DNA from: Hypanus sabinus
Lineage: Eukaryota
NCBI RefSeq assembly: GCF_030144855.1
Contig: NC_082706.1
Span: 154,752,001-154,816,000, forward strand
DNA: 64,000 nucleotides
Direction of reading: 5' to 3'
A model generated the notes under the pieces. The model was not told where the DNA came from and ran no database searches. It saw only the letters and a program-made list of their open reading frames with translations. A program made the translations under genes and the position numbers. Shown here one piece after another: positions 37,983-50,707 of the stretch (position 1 is its first letter; each line of letters begins with the position of its first letter).

Positions 37983-40900
37983 GTGAGTAAATAATGGAAA
38001 TTGAATTTTGTTAACATTTTTATATTCATTTGACCATTCCCGTTGTATATTTTTTCATTTTAAAACATTATTTTAATTGTTCAGATGAAGAATTTGGTAG
38101 AAAACTTAATTTTAAACTCAAGCTTTTTTCTTTTTTTTTATTTCTAGTCCTTGGAAAATACTGTGGGAAAAAGTTGATTGTTTTGAGTAATGATTTTTTA
38201 AAACCAAAAATAAATAACCATGTGTGCAACAATAATTATTGATTATATGTTTGCTGCAGAAAATGCCATTACTTTATTTTTTTTAACCTTTCACCAACTC
38301 CACTGTTGCTCTCATATTGTTTGGTTCCTTTAATTCATTCTCTTTTGGCAGGATTAATTCCATTGTCCACAGCGACCCAGTGGCACATATTTTTTTCCAA
38401 TTGTTCAATTGGCATATCACTATCAGACATAGTTTTACAATTCCAGAATTGTTATATTTGAGTTTCCTGTAAATTAATCATGCTGTACAGTTTCATTGAT
38501 AATAGAAAAGTTTCTGTGTCAGGTTACTTGATGTGCTACAAATTTATTTCTTCCTCATAGCCTTGGTCAAAGTGAGGATAACAGCCCATTATTAACCAGG
38601 AAGCATTTGGGGTAGTGTGCATCAAGGAGCCCTGATAAAACTGGTCAGTTGGAATCAAAGGAAAAACACCCCAATGGCTGGACTCTTAACTGTCAAGGGT
38701 CCATCATTCCTGGATATCACTGTAGGGTTTGCTCAAAGGAGCATCCTAGACCTGGCCATCTTCCACTGCTTCAGTAATGGCCTTCCTTGCACTGTAAGGT
38801 CATAAGTTGGAAGCTTGCTGATGATTGCACAGTGTTAACTGCATTCACAATTTCTGAACAAATGAATTGGCCAATGCTTGCATGCAGTAAGATCCAGACA
38901 GCGTTCGGTACAAAGTGATAAAGTAGAAAGTGACAATTGTGTTGCAAAAATGTCAGGTAAGACTATTTTCAGTAGAGAGGGTAACTTTCTACTCTTGACA
39001 TTCAATAGCTGTGCTTGCCCCATCAGCAGCCTGAGGCGTGTTCATTAACCACAAGCTCATTTGAACAAGCCATGTAAACACTGTGACTGGAAGAGGAGGT
39101 CAGTATCTGGGTATCCAACAACAGTTGAATTAACTCTTGACATACCAAAACCTTTTTAGCACCTGTAAACACATGTCAGGAATGGGATAGTGTACTTTCC
39201 ACTTGACTAGGTGACTCCAGCCCCAAAACCGGTTGACACTAGCTCAGTGTTACCTGCAATAATGTAGCCTGCATGATTAGTTCACCTCCCACCACCACCT
39301 TTATTCACTGTTGGCACATGGTGTTTATATTGTGCCACCCGCAGGAAGTATTGCAGGCCGAGACTTGCTCAGGCTATTCTGACAATACCTTCAAAGTCTC
39401 TGATCTTCTGCAACAAGAAAGACAAAGGATTCTCATGCATGGTATTACCATCAACTGCACGTTCTCTTCCAAGACGCACACCATCCTGATAAGGGAGTAT
39501 ATTATTGCTTCTTATTGTTACTGGCTCAAAATCTCATAAGCCTAACCTAACTGCACTCAGGGACATTTTTACAAGAAGGATTGCAATGGTTGAAATGGCA
39601 GCTCACAGCCACCAGCTTCAGAACATATAGGGAAGGGTGATAAGTGACACCCTTTCCAACAACACCTGTTTTGAAAGCTAAATGAAAAATACTGAACCTT
39701 ACAGCTCATTTATGAGTGGGGTGATTTTCATTAAGCTACTGACAAATTGTAAATTAAGTTGCATATTTGAACTATAATGAGCTTTATATTTTCTTGGTGT
39801 TGTAATACATTATCAAAGCAGACTAATTATAAAACTATTAAAGGTACAGGTGACTGAAAACTTGTTTGATGAAGTGGAGTCAGAGGTAATGTAGGGGTAG
39901 GTTGATTGGTGTCTTAAAGGAGGTGATAATATGTGAAGTTTTGGGAAATAATTCTAGAAATTGGGATCTAAGGAGCAGAAGACAGCTGCTAAATTAAAAT
40001 CGGGAATGTTGACGAAGGATGAACTGGTGTGAATTTGTAGAAGGTTATAGGAGTGCAAGAGAATTGAAATTGAGTATTTATAGATTATGGAATTTACTGT
40101 AGTCAAGTGTAGAGGTAACAAAGATCACATTGGCAGACAAACTGTGGTAGAACTAGAATTAGAAAATGGTGGATATTGACTGTTTTTGCCCAAACAGTTG
40201 GGTTCAGTGTCTGAGCTAGAGAAGGGAGGATTTAGTGGAATGGATCATTCCTGTGTGCTCTGCTGTACAACCCTGGGTGCAGGAAATGTCAATGAATGGA
40301 GAACCCTGAGGCTGAATTTTTAAACTGTGAGCAATAATCAGTGTGACTATGTTCCGTCCATGAGCCTGAGTGTTTCGAAAAAAAGGTTTCAGGTGATGAT
40401 CATTCTGCAATTGGAGTGCAGACCAACAGGGAATGTGTGATTAGCAGAGAGATTAAAAGGGTAAGTGAGGATCCTAAGAGAATTATATTCTCTGATCAAT
40501 ACTCAATCCAGACTAGATCCAGTGTTTCTGATGTAGCAGATATGATTTCAAGATGTTGTTTCCCTTTTGTCAGCTGCAGAAAGTTATGGAGTTAAAGAGT
40601 GAACAACCAAAAAATTTTAGTCCATTTTGGGACTAATGGCATAATCAGAAGAAGATAAAATCTATGAGCATATCTTCAAGGTGTTAGGAAAGAGACTCAA
40701 AAGCAGGTAGGGATCTGTGAATTACTTACTTATCAACACTAGTGACAATAGCAATAATAAGGTAGCACAGCTAAATTTGCAGTGGCGAGGTGGTACAGAG
40801 GGGGGAGGGTTTTTGATCCCTAGTACATTTTGACCATTTCTGAGGAAGATGAAGCTTCTGTGTGCCAGACAGATAGCATTTCCCAGCAAGATTCACTTGT

Positions 40901-41216
40901 GCTTTCGGGGGGACCTTAAATTGATTTGTCTGGGGACTTGGCACAGCAAAACAGCGGTGAAAAATAGTAAATAGATTAGAAAAAGTAGGAAATGGTTATT
41001 TGCAAGGTAAGTGGCATCACAACACGAGAAGTGAAGGTAGCCCTATTGATAAGAGGAGATCATTACAGTGCTGGAGACCATGTCCTGGAACAATCAATAA
41101 CAGAACTGTTTCTAATCAGTCAGCATGGAGTTAGGTCATGGGGGAAATTAAAGGTTTAAAGAAATATTCCATTGTTTTCAGTTCTGATTGTTAAATTGCC
41201 CTTTTTTTCTCTGTAG

Positions 41217-41350
41217 GTTATTTGCGAAGCTTTGAAAAATGAAAAAACTGTTCAGATTAAAAGCTCCCCCGCAGACTTAGTGACTGAGACTGATCAAAAT
41301 GTGGAGAAAATGATTCTGTGTACTTTAAAGGAAAAATTTCCTTCTCACAG
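41217..41350 (+). CDS. IMPA1: IMPA1 coding exon 2
   Basis: VICEALKNEKTVQIKSSPADLVTETDQNVEKMILCTLKEKFPSH; canonical splice sites; 134 nt. Confidence 0.96.
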
Positions 41351-41651
41351 GTAAAGGATTTTTGAAATAATCTGAATACCTTGTGCCCTTAAGTACAAGA
41401 TTAATGACACAAAAAAAGATCTGTCAAGAAGTTTCCAAATGTGTTTTGATTGTGATAGTTTACAAATCCCTTAAAATATTGATCTATATTTGGTTTACTG
41501 TATATGACTTGGAAAAGATTTTGCTGTTATATTCATAAATTAAGGTAAGTGGTAGGAGAATAAGAGAAGAGTTAAGGATTTGTTTCTCCATCCACAGTGT
41601 TGAGAATCTGTGTTTCAGTGCTTGAAAGTGTGATGGGAAAAGAAACACATC

Positions 41652-44600
41652 AGGGTTTAAAATGAAGACGGCCATATCCAGTGGGCAGCAGAGTACGGTG
41701 GCTCAACAGGCTTAGGCGGTAACAAGGCGGGATAGGTTTAACTGTGTTATTTGTGGAATGGAGGTAGTATGAGTGTGAAGCCAGTTTTCTGTGCTCGGTG
41801 TCAGATGTGGGGGGGTCCTGGAGTCTCCCAGCCTCCCGGACGGACATATCTGCACCCGGTGTGTCGAGCTGCAGCTCCTGAGGGACCGAGTTAGGGAACT
41901 GGAGATGCAACTCGATGACCTTCGCCTAGTCAGGGAGAGTGAGGAGGTGATAGAAAGGAGTTATAGGCTGGTGATCACACCAGGCCCACGGGAGACAGAC
42001 GGGTCACAGTCAGGAGAGGGAAGGGGAAGCGTCAGGTACAAGAGAGTACCCCAATGGCTGTACCCCTTGACAATCCTGCTTGGGTAATGTTGGGGGGGGT
42101 GGGGGGACAGCCTGCCCGGGAAAATCGACAGTGGTTGTGCCTCTGGCACAGAGTCTGACCCTGTGGCTCAGAAGGGTAGGGAAAGGAACAGGAAGGCAGT
42201 AGTGATAGGGGACTCTATAGTTAGGGGGTCAGACAGGCAGTTCTGTGGACACAGGAAAGAAACTCGGATGGTAGTTTGCCTCCCAGGTGCCAGGGTCCAG
42301 GATGTTTCGGATCACGTCCAAGATATCCTGCAGTGGGAGGGAGAACAGGCAGAGGGGATGATACATATTGGTACCAATGACATAGGTAGGAAAAGGGAAG
42401 AGGTCCTGAAAAAAGACTACAGGGAGTTAGGAAGGAAATTGAGAAGCAGGACCACAAAGGTAGTATTCTCAGGATTACTGCCTGTGCCACGTGACAGTGA
42501 GAATAGGAATAGGATGAGATTGGAGGATAAATGTGTGGCTGAGGGATTGGAGCAGGGGGCAGGGATTCAGATTTCTGGATCATTGGGACCTCTTTTGGGG
42601 CAGGTATGACCTGTACAAAAAGGACGGGTTGCACTTGAATCCCAGGGGGACCAATATCCTGGCGGGGAGGTTTGCTACAGCGGAGAGTTTAAATTAGAAT
42701 TGTTGGGGGTTGGGAACTGAACTGAAGAGACTGGGGAAGAGGAGGTTGGCTCACAAATAGAGAAAGCTTGTAGACAGTGTGTGAGGGAGGATAGGCAGGT
42801 GATGGAGAAGGGATGCGCTCAGACCGAAGGTTTGAGATGTGTCCATTTTAAAGCAAGGAGTGTTGTGAACAAAGCAGAGGAACTTAGAGCGTGGATCAGT
42901 ACTTGGATATATGATGTGGTGGTCATTACAGAGACTTGGATGGCTCAGGGACAGGAATGGTTACTTCAAGTGCCGGATTTTAGATGTTTCAGAAAGAACA
43001 GGGAGGGAGGCAAAAGAGGTAGGGGCGTGGTACTGTTGATCGGAGATAGTGTCAAAGCTGCAGAAAAGGTGGACTTTTCTGAGGGATTGTCTACGGAGTC
43101 TCTGTGGGTGGAGGTTAGGAACAGGAAGGGGTCAATAACTTTACTGGTTGTTTTTTATAGGCCACCCAATAGTAAAAGGGATATCAAGGAGCAGATAGGA
43201 AACAGATCCTGGAAAAGTGTACTAATAACAGAGTTGTCGGGATGGGAGATTTTAATTTTCCAAATATTAATTGGCATCTCCCTAGAGCAAGGGGTTTAGA
43301 TGGGGTGGAGTTCGTTAGGTGGGTTCAGGAAGGTTTCTGACACAATATGTAGATAAGCCTACAAGAGGAGAGGCTGTACTTGATCTGGTATTGGGAAATG
43401 AACCTGGTCAGGTGTCAGAGCTCTCAGTGGGAGAGCATTCATAATTCTATCTTCTTTACAATAGCATTGGAGAGAGATAGGAACAGACAAGTTAGAAAAG
43501 TGTTTAATTGGAGTAAGGGGAATTATGAGGCTATCAGGCAGGAAATTGGAGGCTTAAATTGGAAACAGATGTTCTCAGGGAAAACTATGGAAGAAATGTG
43601 GCAAATATTCAGGAGATATTTTTGTGGAGTTCTGTATAGGTATGTTCCAATGAGACAGCGAAGTTATGGTAGGGTACTGGAACCATGGTGTCCAAAGTCT
43701 GTAATAAATCTGGTCAAGAAGAAAAGAAAAGCTTACAGAAGTTTCAGAGAGCTAGGCAATGTTAGAGATCTAGAAGATTATAAGGCTAATAGGAAGGAAC
43801 TTAAGAAGGAAATTAGAAGAGCCAGACGGAGCCATGAGAAGGCCTTGGCGGGCAGGATTAAGGAAAACCCCAAGGCATTCTACAAGTATGTGAAGAGCAA
43901 GAGGATAAGATGTGAAATAATAGTACCTGTCAAGTGTGACTGGGAAAGTGTGTATGGAACCAGAGGAAATAGCAGAGGTACTTAATGAATACTTTACTTC
44001 AGTGTTCACTATGGAAAAGGATCTTGGTGATTGTAGTAATGACTTCCAACAGACTGAAAAGCTTGAGCATGTAGATATTAAGAAAGAGGATGTGCTGGAG
44101 CTTTTGGAAAGCATCAAGTTTGATAAGTCGTCGGGATCAGATAAAATATACCCCAGGCTACTGTGGGAGGTAAGGGAAGAGATTGCTGAGCCTCTGGCGA
44201 TGATCTTTGCATCATCAATGGGACAGGAGAGGTTCCAGAGGATTGGAGGGTTGTGAATGTTGTTCCTTTATTCAAGAGAGGGAGTAGAGATAGCCCAGGA
44301 AATTATAGACCAGTGAGTATTACCTCAGTGGTTGGCAAGTTAATGGGAGAAGATCCTGAGAGGCAGGATTTATGAACATTTGGAGAGGTATAATATGATT
44401 AGGAATAGTCAGCATGGCATGCCTTACAAGCCTGATTGAATTTTTTGAGGATGTGTCTAAACACATTGATGAAGGAAGAGCAGTAGATGTAGTGTATATG
44501 GATTTCAGCAAGGTATTTGATAAGGTACCTCATGCAAGGCTTATTGAGAAGGTAAAGAGGCATGGGATCCAAGGGGACATTGCTTTGTCGATCCAGAACT

Positions 44601-45648
44601 GGCTTGCCCACAGAAGGCAAAGAGTGGTTGTAGACAGGTCATATTCTGCATGGAGGTCGGTCACCAGTGGGGTGCCTCAGGGATCTGTTCTGGGACCCTT
44701 ACTCTTTGTGGTTTTTATAAATGACCTGGATCAGGAAGTGGAGGAATGGCTTAGTAAGCTTGCTGATGACACAACAGTTGGAGGTGTTGTAGATAGTGTG
44801 GAGGGCTGTCAGAGGTTACAGTGGGACATTGATAGGATGCAAAACTGAGCTGAGAAGTGGAAGATGGAGTTCAACTCAGATAAGTGTGAAGGTTCATTTT
44901 CGTAGGTCAAAAATTATGGCAGAATATAGTATTAATGGTAAGACTCTTGGCAGTGGGGAGGATCAGAGGGATCTTGTGGTCTGAGTCCATAGGATGCTCA
45001 AAGCAGCTGTGCAGGTTGACTCTGTGGTTAAGAAGGCGTACGGTGTATTGGCTTTAATCACACGTGGAATTGAATTTAGGAGCTGAGAGGTAATGTTGCA
45101 GCTCTATAGGACCCTGGTCAGATCACTTGGAGTACTGTGCTCAGTTCTGGTCGCCTCACTCCAGGAAGGATGTGGAAGCCATAGAAAGGATGCAGAGGAG
45201 ATTTACAAGGATGTTGCCTGGATTGGGGAACATACCTTGTGAGAATAGGTTGAGTGAACCCAGCCTTTTCTTCTTGGAGTGACGAAGGATGAGAAGAGAC
45301 CTGATAGAGGTGTATAAGGTGATGAGAGGCATTGATCTTGTGGATAATCAGAGGCTTTTTCCCAGGGCTGAAATGGCTAACACGAAAAGGCACAGTTTAA
45401 GGTGCTCGGAAGTAGGTACAGGGGTAATGGGTAAGTTTTTTACACAGAGTGCGTGGAATGGGCTGCCGGCGACAGTGGTAGAGGCGGATATGATAGGGTC
45501 TTTTAAGTGACTCCTGGATAGGTACATGGAACTTAGAAAAATAGAGGGCTATGGGTAACCCTAGGTAATTTCTAAAGTAAGTACATGTTCGGCACAACAT
45601 TGTGGGCTGAAAGGCCTGTATTGTGCTGTAGGTTGTCTATGTTTCTAA
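41652..45648 (+). mobile_element. Near full-length CR1 LINE (ORF1 zinc finger/esterase, ORF2 APE-RT), frameshifted
   Basis: CTRCVELQLL, VIGDSIVRG...HIGTNDIG (ORF1); ITETW, YRPPN, YMDFSKVFDKVPH, SGVPQGSVLGP, ADDT, MRRDLIEVYK (ORF2); tctatgtttcta tail. Confidence 0.95.
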
Positions 45649-46029
45649 GATTCATTCAATGATTCTGTACATAGAATCATATTTAAATATGAATTAAAAT
45701 GTAGATATTGGAAAACTGCACAGTCAAACTAAAATTGAAGTAAAATATTTGTAACTTAGTGGATTTTGTTACATCTGTTAAGTTTAGTTGCAGTTCAAGT
45801 GCATTACAATCTTCAGCATGCATTACATGATAAAAGTTCAATTTTTTTAATTTGTTCTGTATCAGAGGAAGAACTCAACCATGTAAGCCTTTCAGATAAC
45901 ATATGTACTGTAGTGGCAACTACTAGCTGCCTAATGCGCAATGGCACTGATAGTGGTAAAGTGAAACTAACAAATTGTTATCTGGCTTACTTTAAACAGA
46001 AAATCATGATCGAGTTAAAACTGGATGAT

Positions 46030-46452
46030 CAACAACACACACAAAATGCTGGTGGAACGCAGCAGGCCAGGCAGCAATCTGTAGGGAGAAGCACTATCAA
46101 TGTTTCAGGCCGAGACCCTTCATCAGGAGTAGATTGAAAAGTTGAAGGGCTAAAGAAATTATAGATGGGGAGCAGCGAGAGAGGGTTTCACTGAACTCCC
46201 GTCGAAGAGAAGATTTAAACTTCTTCAGTGTAGGCATCACTGGCAGAGGCTTTGCAGTGGTGAATTCCAAAAGCAAACACGAGGAAATCTGTAGATGCTG
46301 GAACTTCAAGCCACACACACAAAATGCTGGTGGAACACAGCAGGCCAGGCAGCATCTATAGGGAGAAGCACTGTCGACGTTTCAGGCTGAGACCCTTCAT
46401 CACGACTAGACTAGTCCTGACAAAGGGTCTCGGCCCGAAACGTCAACTGTGT
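46030..46452. mobile_element. Cluster of Penelope-like terminal repeats (tandem plus inverted)
   Basis: cacacaaaatgctggtggaac..caggccaggcagc..gggagaagcact at ~46036 and ~46316, followed by a short inverted copy centred on 46410. Confidence 0.75.
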
Positions 46453-47569
46453 TTGAAGGTTTGAAGGACATCCATTTGGAACAGAGATGCAGAGAAATTA
46501 CTTTAGTCAGAGGGTGGTAAATCTGTGGAATTAGTTGCCACGAGCAGCTGTGGAGGCCAGGTCATTGGGTGTATTTAAGGCAGAGATAGATGGGTTTTTG
46601 ATTAGCCAGGGCATCAAAAGGTATGGGAAAAATGCAGGGGAGTGGGGATGACTGGAAGAACTGGATCAGCCCATGACTGAATGGTGGAGCAGCCTTGATG
46701 GGCCGAATAGCTCACTGCTCCTGTATCTTATGGTCTTTTCAAAAATGTCTTGTATACCATCATTAGCAATGGGAATTAGTTCGCAAAAATAGATTGAATC
46801 TTCTTTTTATTCCTTTATCTGAGCAAATTACCATCATTAAGGACCCCTGCCATCCCGGCCAATCTCTCTTCTTGCTTCTGCTACCATCGGGAGGAACGTA
46901 AGGAAGCCTTAGGCCACACTCCACCATATTCAGGAACAGTTATTACCCTTCAGCCAGCGTGAATAATTTCATTCAGCACAACACTGAACTGATTCCACAA
47001 CCTGTGAACTCACTTTCAATGACTCTACAACTCATGCTCTCAGGATTATTTTATTTGTTGTTTGTTTTTTCTTGTATTTGGACAGTGTCTCTTCTGTTGC
47101 ACATTGTTTGTCAGACTTTGTGTGTAATTTTTCATTGATTCTATTGTATTTCTTTGTTCTACTGTGAATACCTGCAAGAAAATGAATCTCAGAGACGTAC
47201 TTTGATAGTACGGTAAATTTACTTCGAACATTAAACATTACTCTGTGGGACTACAGGAAGGGAAAGAGTATTAGTTATTTAGTATTGGAAAGAGATAAGA
47301 AAGACAAGCTACTTCTGCTTGAGATATCCCAGCTGTTTATTGACAGTTGTAGACATGTCTGCCAATTAATGAGTTTGATCATATGGAAGAGGATAAACAA
47401 ATACGTTGATACTGAAATTCATTCCCGTTTATAAGGCCAAATGCGGTGGCAGAGCACTACATTTCAAAGCTATGCTGATACATAATATATTCAGCACGCT
47501 GACTGGGGCTGAATTTCCGACCTTGAGTTTTTTCTTCTGAATCTTCACAAATAACTTTTCCCACCAGAA

Positions 47570-48921
47570 GTTTGGGATGTGTCTATTTTAATGCAGGAAG
47601 CATCATGAACAAAGTGGATGAGCTTAGGGCGTGGATCAGTACTTGGAGCTGTGATGTTGTGGCCATTACAGAGACTTGGATGGTTCAGGGGCAGGAATGG
47701 TCACTTCAGAGTGCCAGACTTTAGATGTTTCAGAAAGGACGGGGGGGGGGGGAGGCAAAAGAGGTGGGGGCATGGCACTGCTGATCAGAGATGGTGTCAT
47801 GGCTGCAGAAAAGGAGGAAGTCATGGAGGGGTTGTCTACTGAGACTCTTCGGATGGAAGTTAGGAACAGAAAGGGGTCAATAACTCTACCGGGTTTTTTT
47901 AATAGACCATCCAATAGTAACAGAGACATAGAGGAGCAGATAGGGAGACAGATTCTGGAACGGTGTAATAATAACAGGGTTGTCGTGGGGGGAGATTTTA
48001 ATTACCCAAACCTCGATTGGCATGTCCCTAGAGCGAGGTTTTAGATGGGGTAGAGTTTGTTCGGTGTGTTCAAGAAGATTTCTTGACACAATACGTAGAA
48101 TAAGCCTACAAGAGGAGAGGCTGTGCTTGATCTGGTATTGGGAGGTGGTTCATTTTGGTAGGTCAAATATGATGGCAGAATATAGTATTACTGTTAAGAC
48201 TCATGGCAGTGTGGAGGATCAGAGGGATCTTGAGGTCTAAGTCCATAGGGCACTCAAAGCTGCTGTGCAAGTTGACTCTGTGGTTAAGAAGGTATATGGT
48301 GTATTGGCCTTCATCAACCATGGGATTCAGTTTAAGAGCTGAGAGGTAATGTTACAGCTATATAGGACACTGGTCAGACCCCACTTGGAGTACTGTGCTC
48401 AGTTCTGGTCACCTCAGTACAGGAAGGATGTGAAGCCATAGAAAGGGTGCAGAGGAGATTTACAAGAATGTTGCCTGGATTGGGGAGCATGCCTTATGAG
48501 AATAGGTTGAGTGAACTCAGCCTTTTCTCCTTGGAGCGATGGAGGATGAGAAGAGACCTGATAGAGGTGCATAAGATGATGAGAGGCATTGATTGTGTGG
48601 ATAGTCAGAGGCTTTTTCCCAGGGCTGAAATGGTTGCCACAAGAGGACACAGGTTTAATTTGCTGGGGAGTAGATGCAGAGGAGATATCAGGAGTAAGTT
48701 TTTTACTCAGAGAGTGGTGAGTGCGTGAAATGGGCTGCCGGCAACGATGGTGGAGGCGGATATGATAGGGTCTTTTAAGAGACATTTATATAGATACATG
48801 GAGCTTAGTAAAATAGAGTGCTATGTGTAAGCCTAGTAATTTCTAAGGTAGAGACATGTTCGGCACAACTTTGTGGGCTGAAGGGCCTGTATTGTGCTGT
48901 AGGTTTCCTATGTTTCTATAT
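47570..48921 (+). mobile_element. CR1 LINE with a large internal deletion (APE joined to the 3' end)
   Basis: Closely similar to 42830-43395 and then to ~44885-45648; junction near 48143. Confidence 0.9.
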
Positions 48922-49659
48922 TTACTAAGTACCTGAAGTCTGTGGGACCAGAAGTAGGAATGGCTAAAAAAAATCTTTTTTTAAAATTTTGAAGTGTATG
49001 TATGTGCCTGATGGGCAGATTGGGTCCCACCCCCCCCCCCCCCCACTGTATTTATACAGTATAAAGGAAAGGTTTGTTTCCTATAAAATTGTTTTCCTAT
49101 AAATTTATTGTCAGGAAGAGATAGTTGTTGATCTTCAATTTCATCAAAATATTTATCTGATAAAAATCGTCTACCTTTTGTTGTCAGATTAAGTAGATGC
49201 TAAATAACCATTATGTAAAAGGGTTGTGGTTTTATTGTAAAAACGTGGTTATTTGGTCTCTACTAAATCTGACAATGTCAGTAAAAGGAATAGGATGGTT
49301 AATTGATTTTGTTTGCTTTAATTGGGTTCTTTCAGGATTCATGCTTTGTGCCTACCTGTGAGCGAACAAGTCTCAAATTTGTATAATTTATATACTTTTT
49401 AATAAAAAATATACTTGAATCTTGAATTCAATGTGGCTTCACTAAGGATGTCTAAAATGCTGGCTTCCTGGAGTACACTATTTGTGAAGTGCCAGATAAT
49501 CAGAAATTTACAGTATAAGTATAAATCAGAATTTGGATTAGGACTTCCTGGTTTTCCAGCCCGGGATTCGTTATAACGTGCCATCAAATAGTGAAGTATT
49601 GGAAATCGGCAGAATCCAATGAAACTACAAAAGGATTAACTTTTAACATTTTATTTCAG

Positions 49660-49764
49660 CTTTATTGGTGAAGAGTCAGTTGCAGATGGAGCAGCAAGTA
49701 TACTTACAGACAATCCCACGTGGATCATTGATCCCGTTGATGGGACCACTAATTTTGTCCACAG
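49660..49764 (+). CDS. IMPA1: IMPA1 coding exon 3 (metal-binding motif)
   Basis: [34 protein letters not shown], with the GEE and DPxDGT inositol monophosphatase signatures; 105 nt. Confidence 0.97.
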
Positions 49765-49942
49765 GTATGATAATTTAGCTGCAATAGGTTTTATGTTTGT
49801 GGAGAAGTGCGTATCATATGAGCAGACTAGAACTGGTTTGTGTTGCTAAACGTAATAACACAAATTGTTTTGAAATCACTGAAAAGACTTAAATTTGGAG
49901 AAATAGCTATGGGTTGCTCATTTCAGATTTCTTTTTTTACAG

Positions 49943-49988
49943 ATTTCCTTTTGTAGCGGTTTCTATTGGATTTTATGTAAATAAACAG
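49943..49988 (+). CDS. IMPA1: IMPA1 coding exon 4
   Basis: FPFVAVSIGFYVNKQ; canonical sites; 46 nt. Confidence 0.95.
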
Positions 49989-50598
49989 GTAATGCAAATT
50001 TGGTGAACAGAAATATTTACTTTGCAGTATTGCATTATTTGACATTGAGAAATATTTGTGAATAATGGGAGTGTTGTAAAGTTTGCATTCAACTTGAAAA
50101 GGTGAAATTAGATTGTGGAGTACATTCAGTTCTAGTCTTGAAATTTGGCCGCTCCCCCTAACCTATATCATCTTACAGCCTAGCAATTACAGAAATTTAA
50201 ATGCCTACCCTCAATCTTGCAATGTTCTGCTTTAAGTATAGTCTGCATTTGTTCCAATGATAAACACGCTTGCTAATTCCTTTATTGCTGCTATTAACTT
50301 TGCATCTAGCCTTTTAGCCACTAAGCTGAAAATTCTTTCTGAATCCACATATCCTGCATGTTTCTTCCTTTTAAGATGCTGTTTAAATTCTATCTCTTTG
50401 ACTATTAATTTGTCAGAGTCCTTCATTTCAAACAAAGTATTTGTATGATTAGATTCTTGTGAAGCACCTTGCAGCATTTAATTTTGCTAAAGTGGCTCTA
50501 TGACTGCATGTCAATCTCTAATTTTGCTTCCTCAGTTTAATACAGGCTATGAAGCTGATATAGAGTACTGACCATCTTGTTTTCTGTACATCGCACAG

Positions 50599-50707
50599 AG
50601 TGAAATTGGTGTTATATATAGCTGTGTGGAGGATAAGATGTACACAGCTCGAAGAGGGCAAGGAGCATTTTGCAATGGGCACCAGATGTGTGTTTCTAAA
50701 CAGGAAA
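50599..50707 (+). CDS. IMPA1: IMPA1 coding exon 5
   Basis: SEIGVIYSCVEDKMYTARRGQGAFCNGHQMCVSKQE; GTAAGT donor; 109 nt. Confidence 0.96.
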
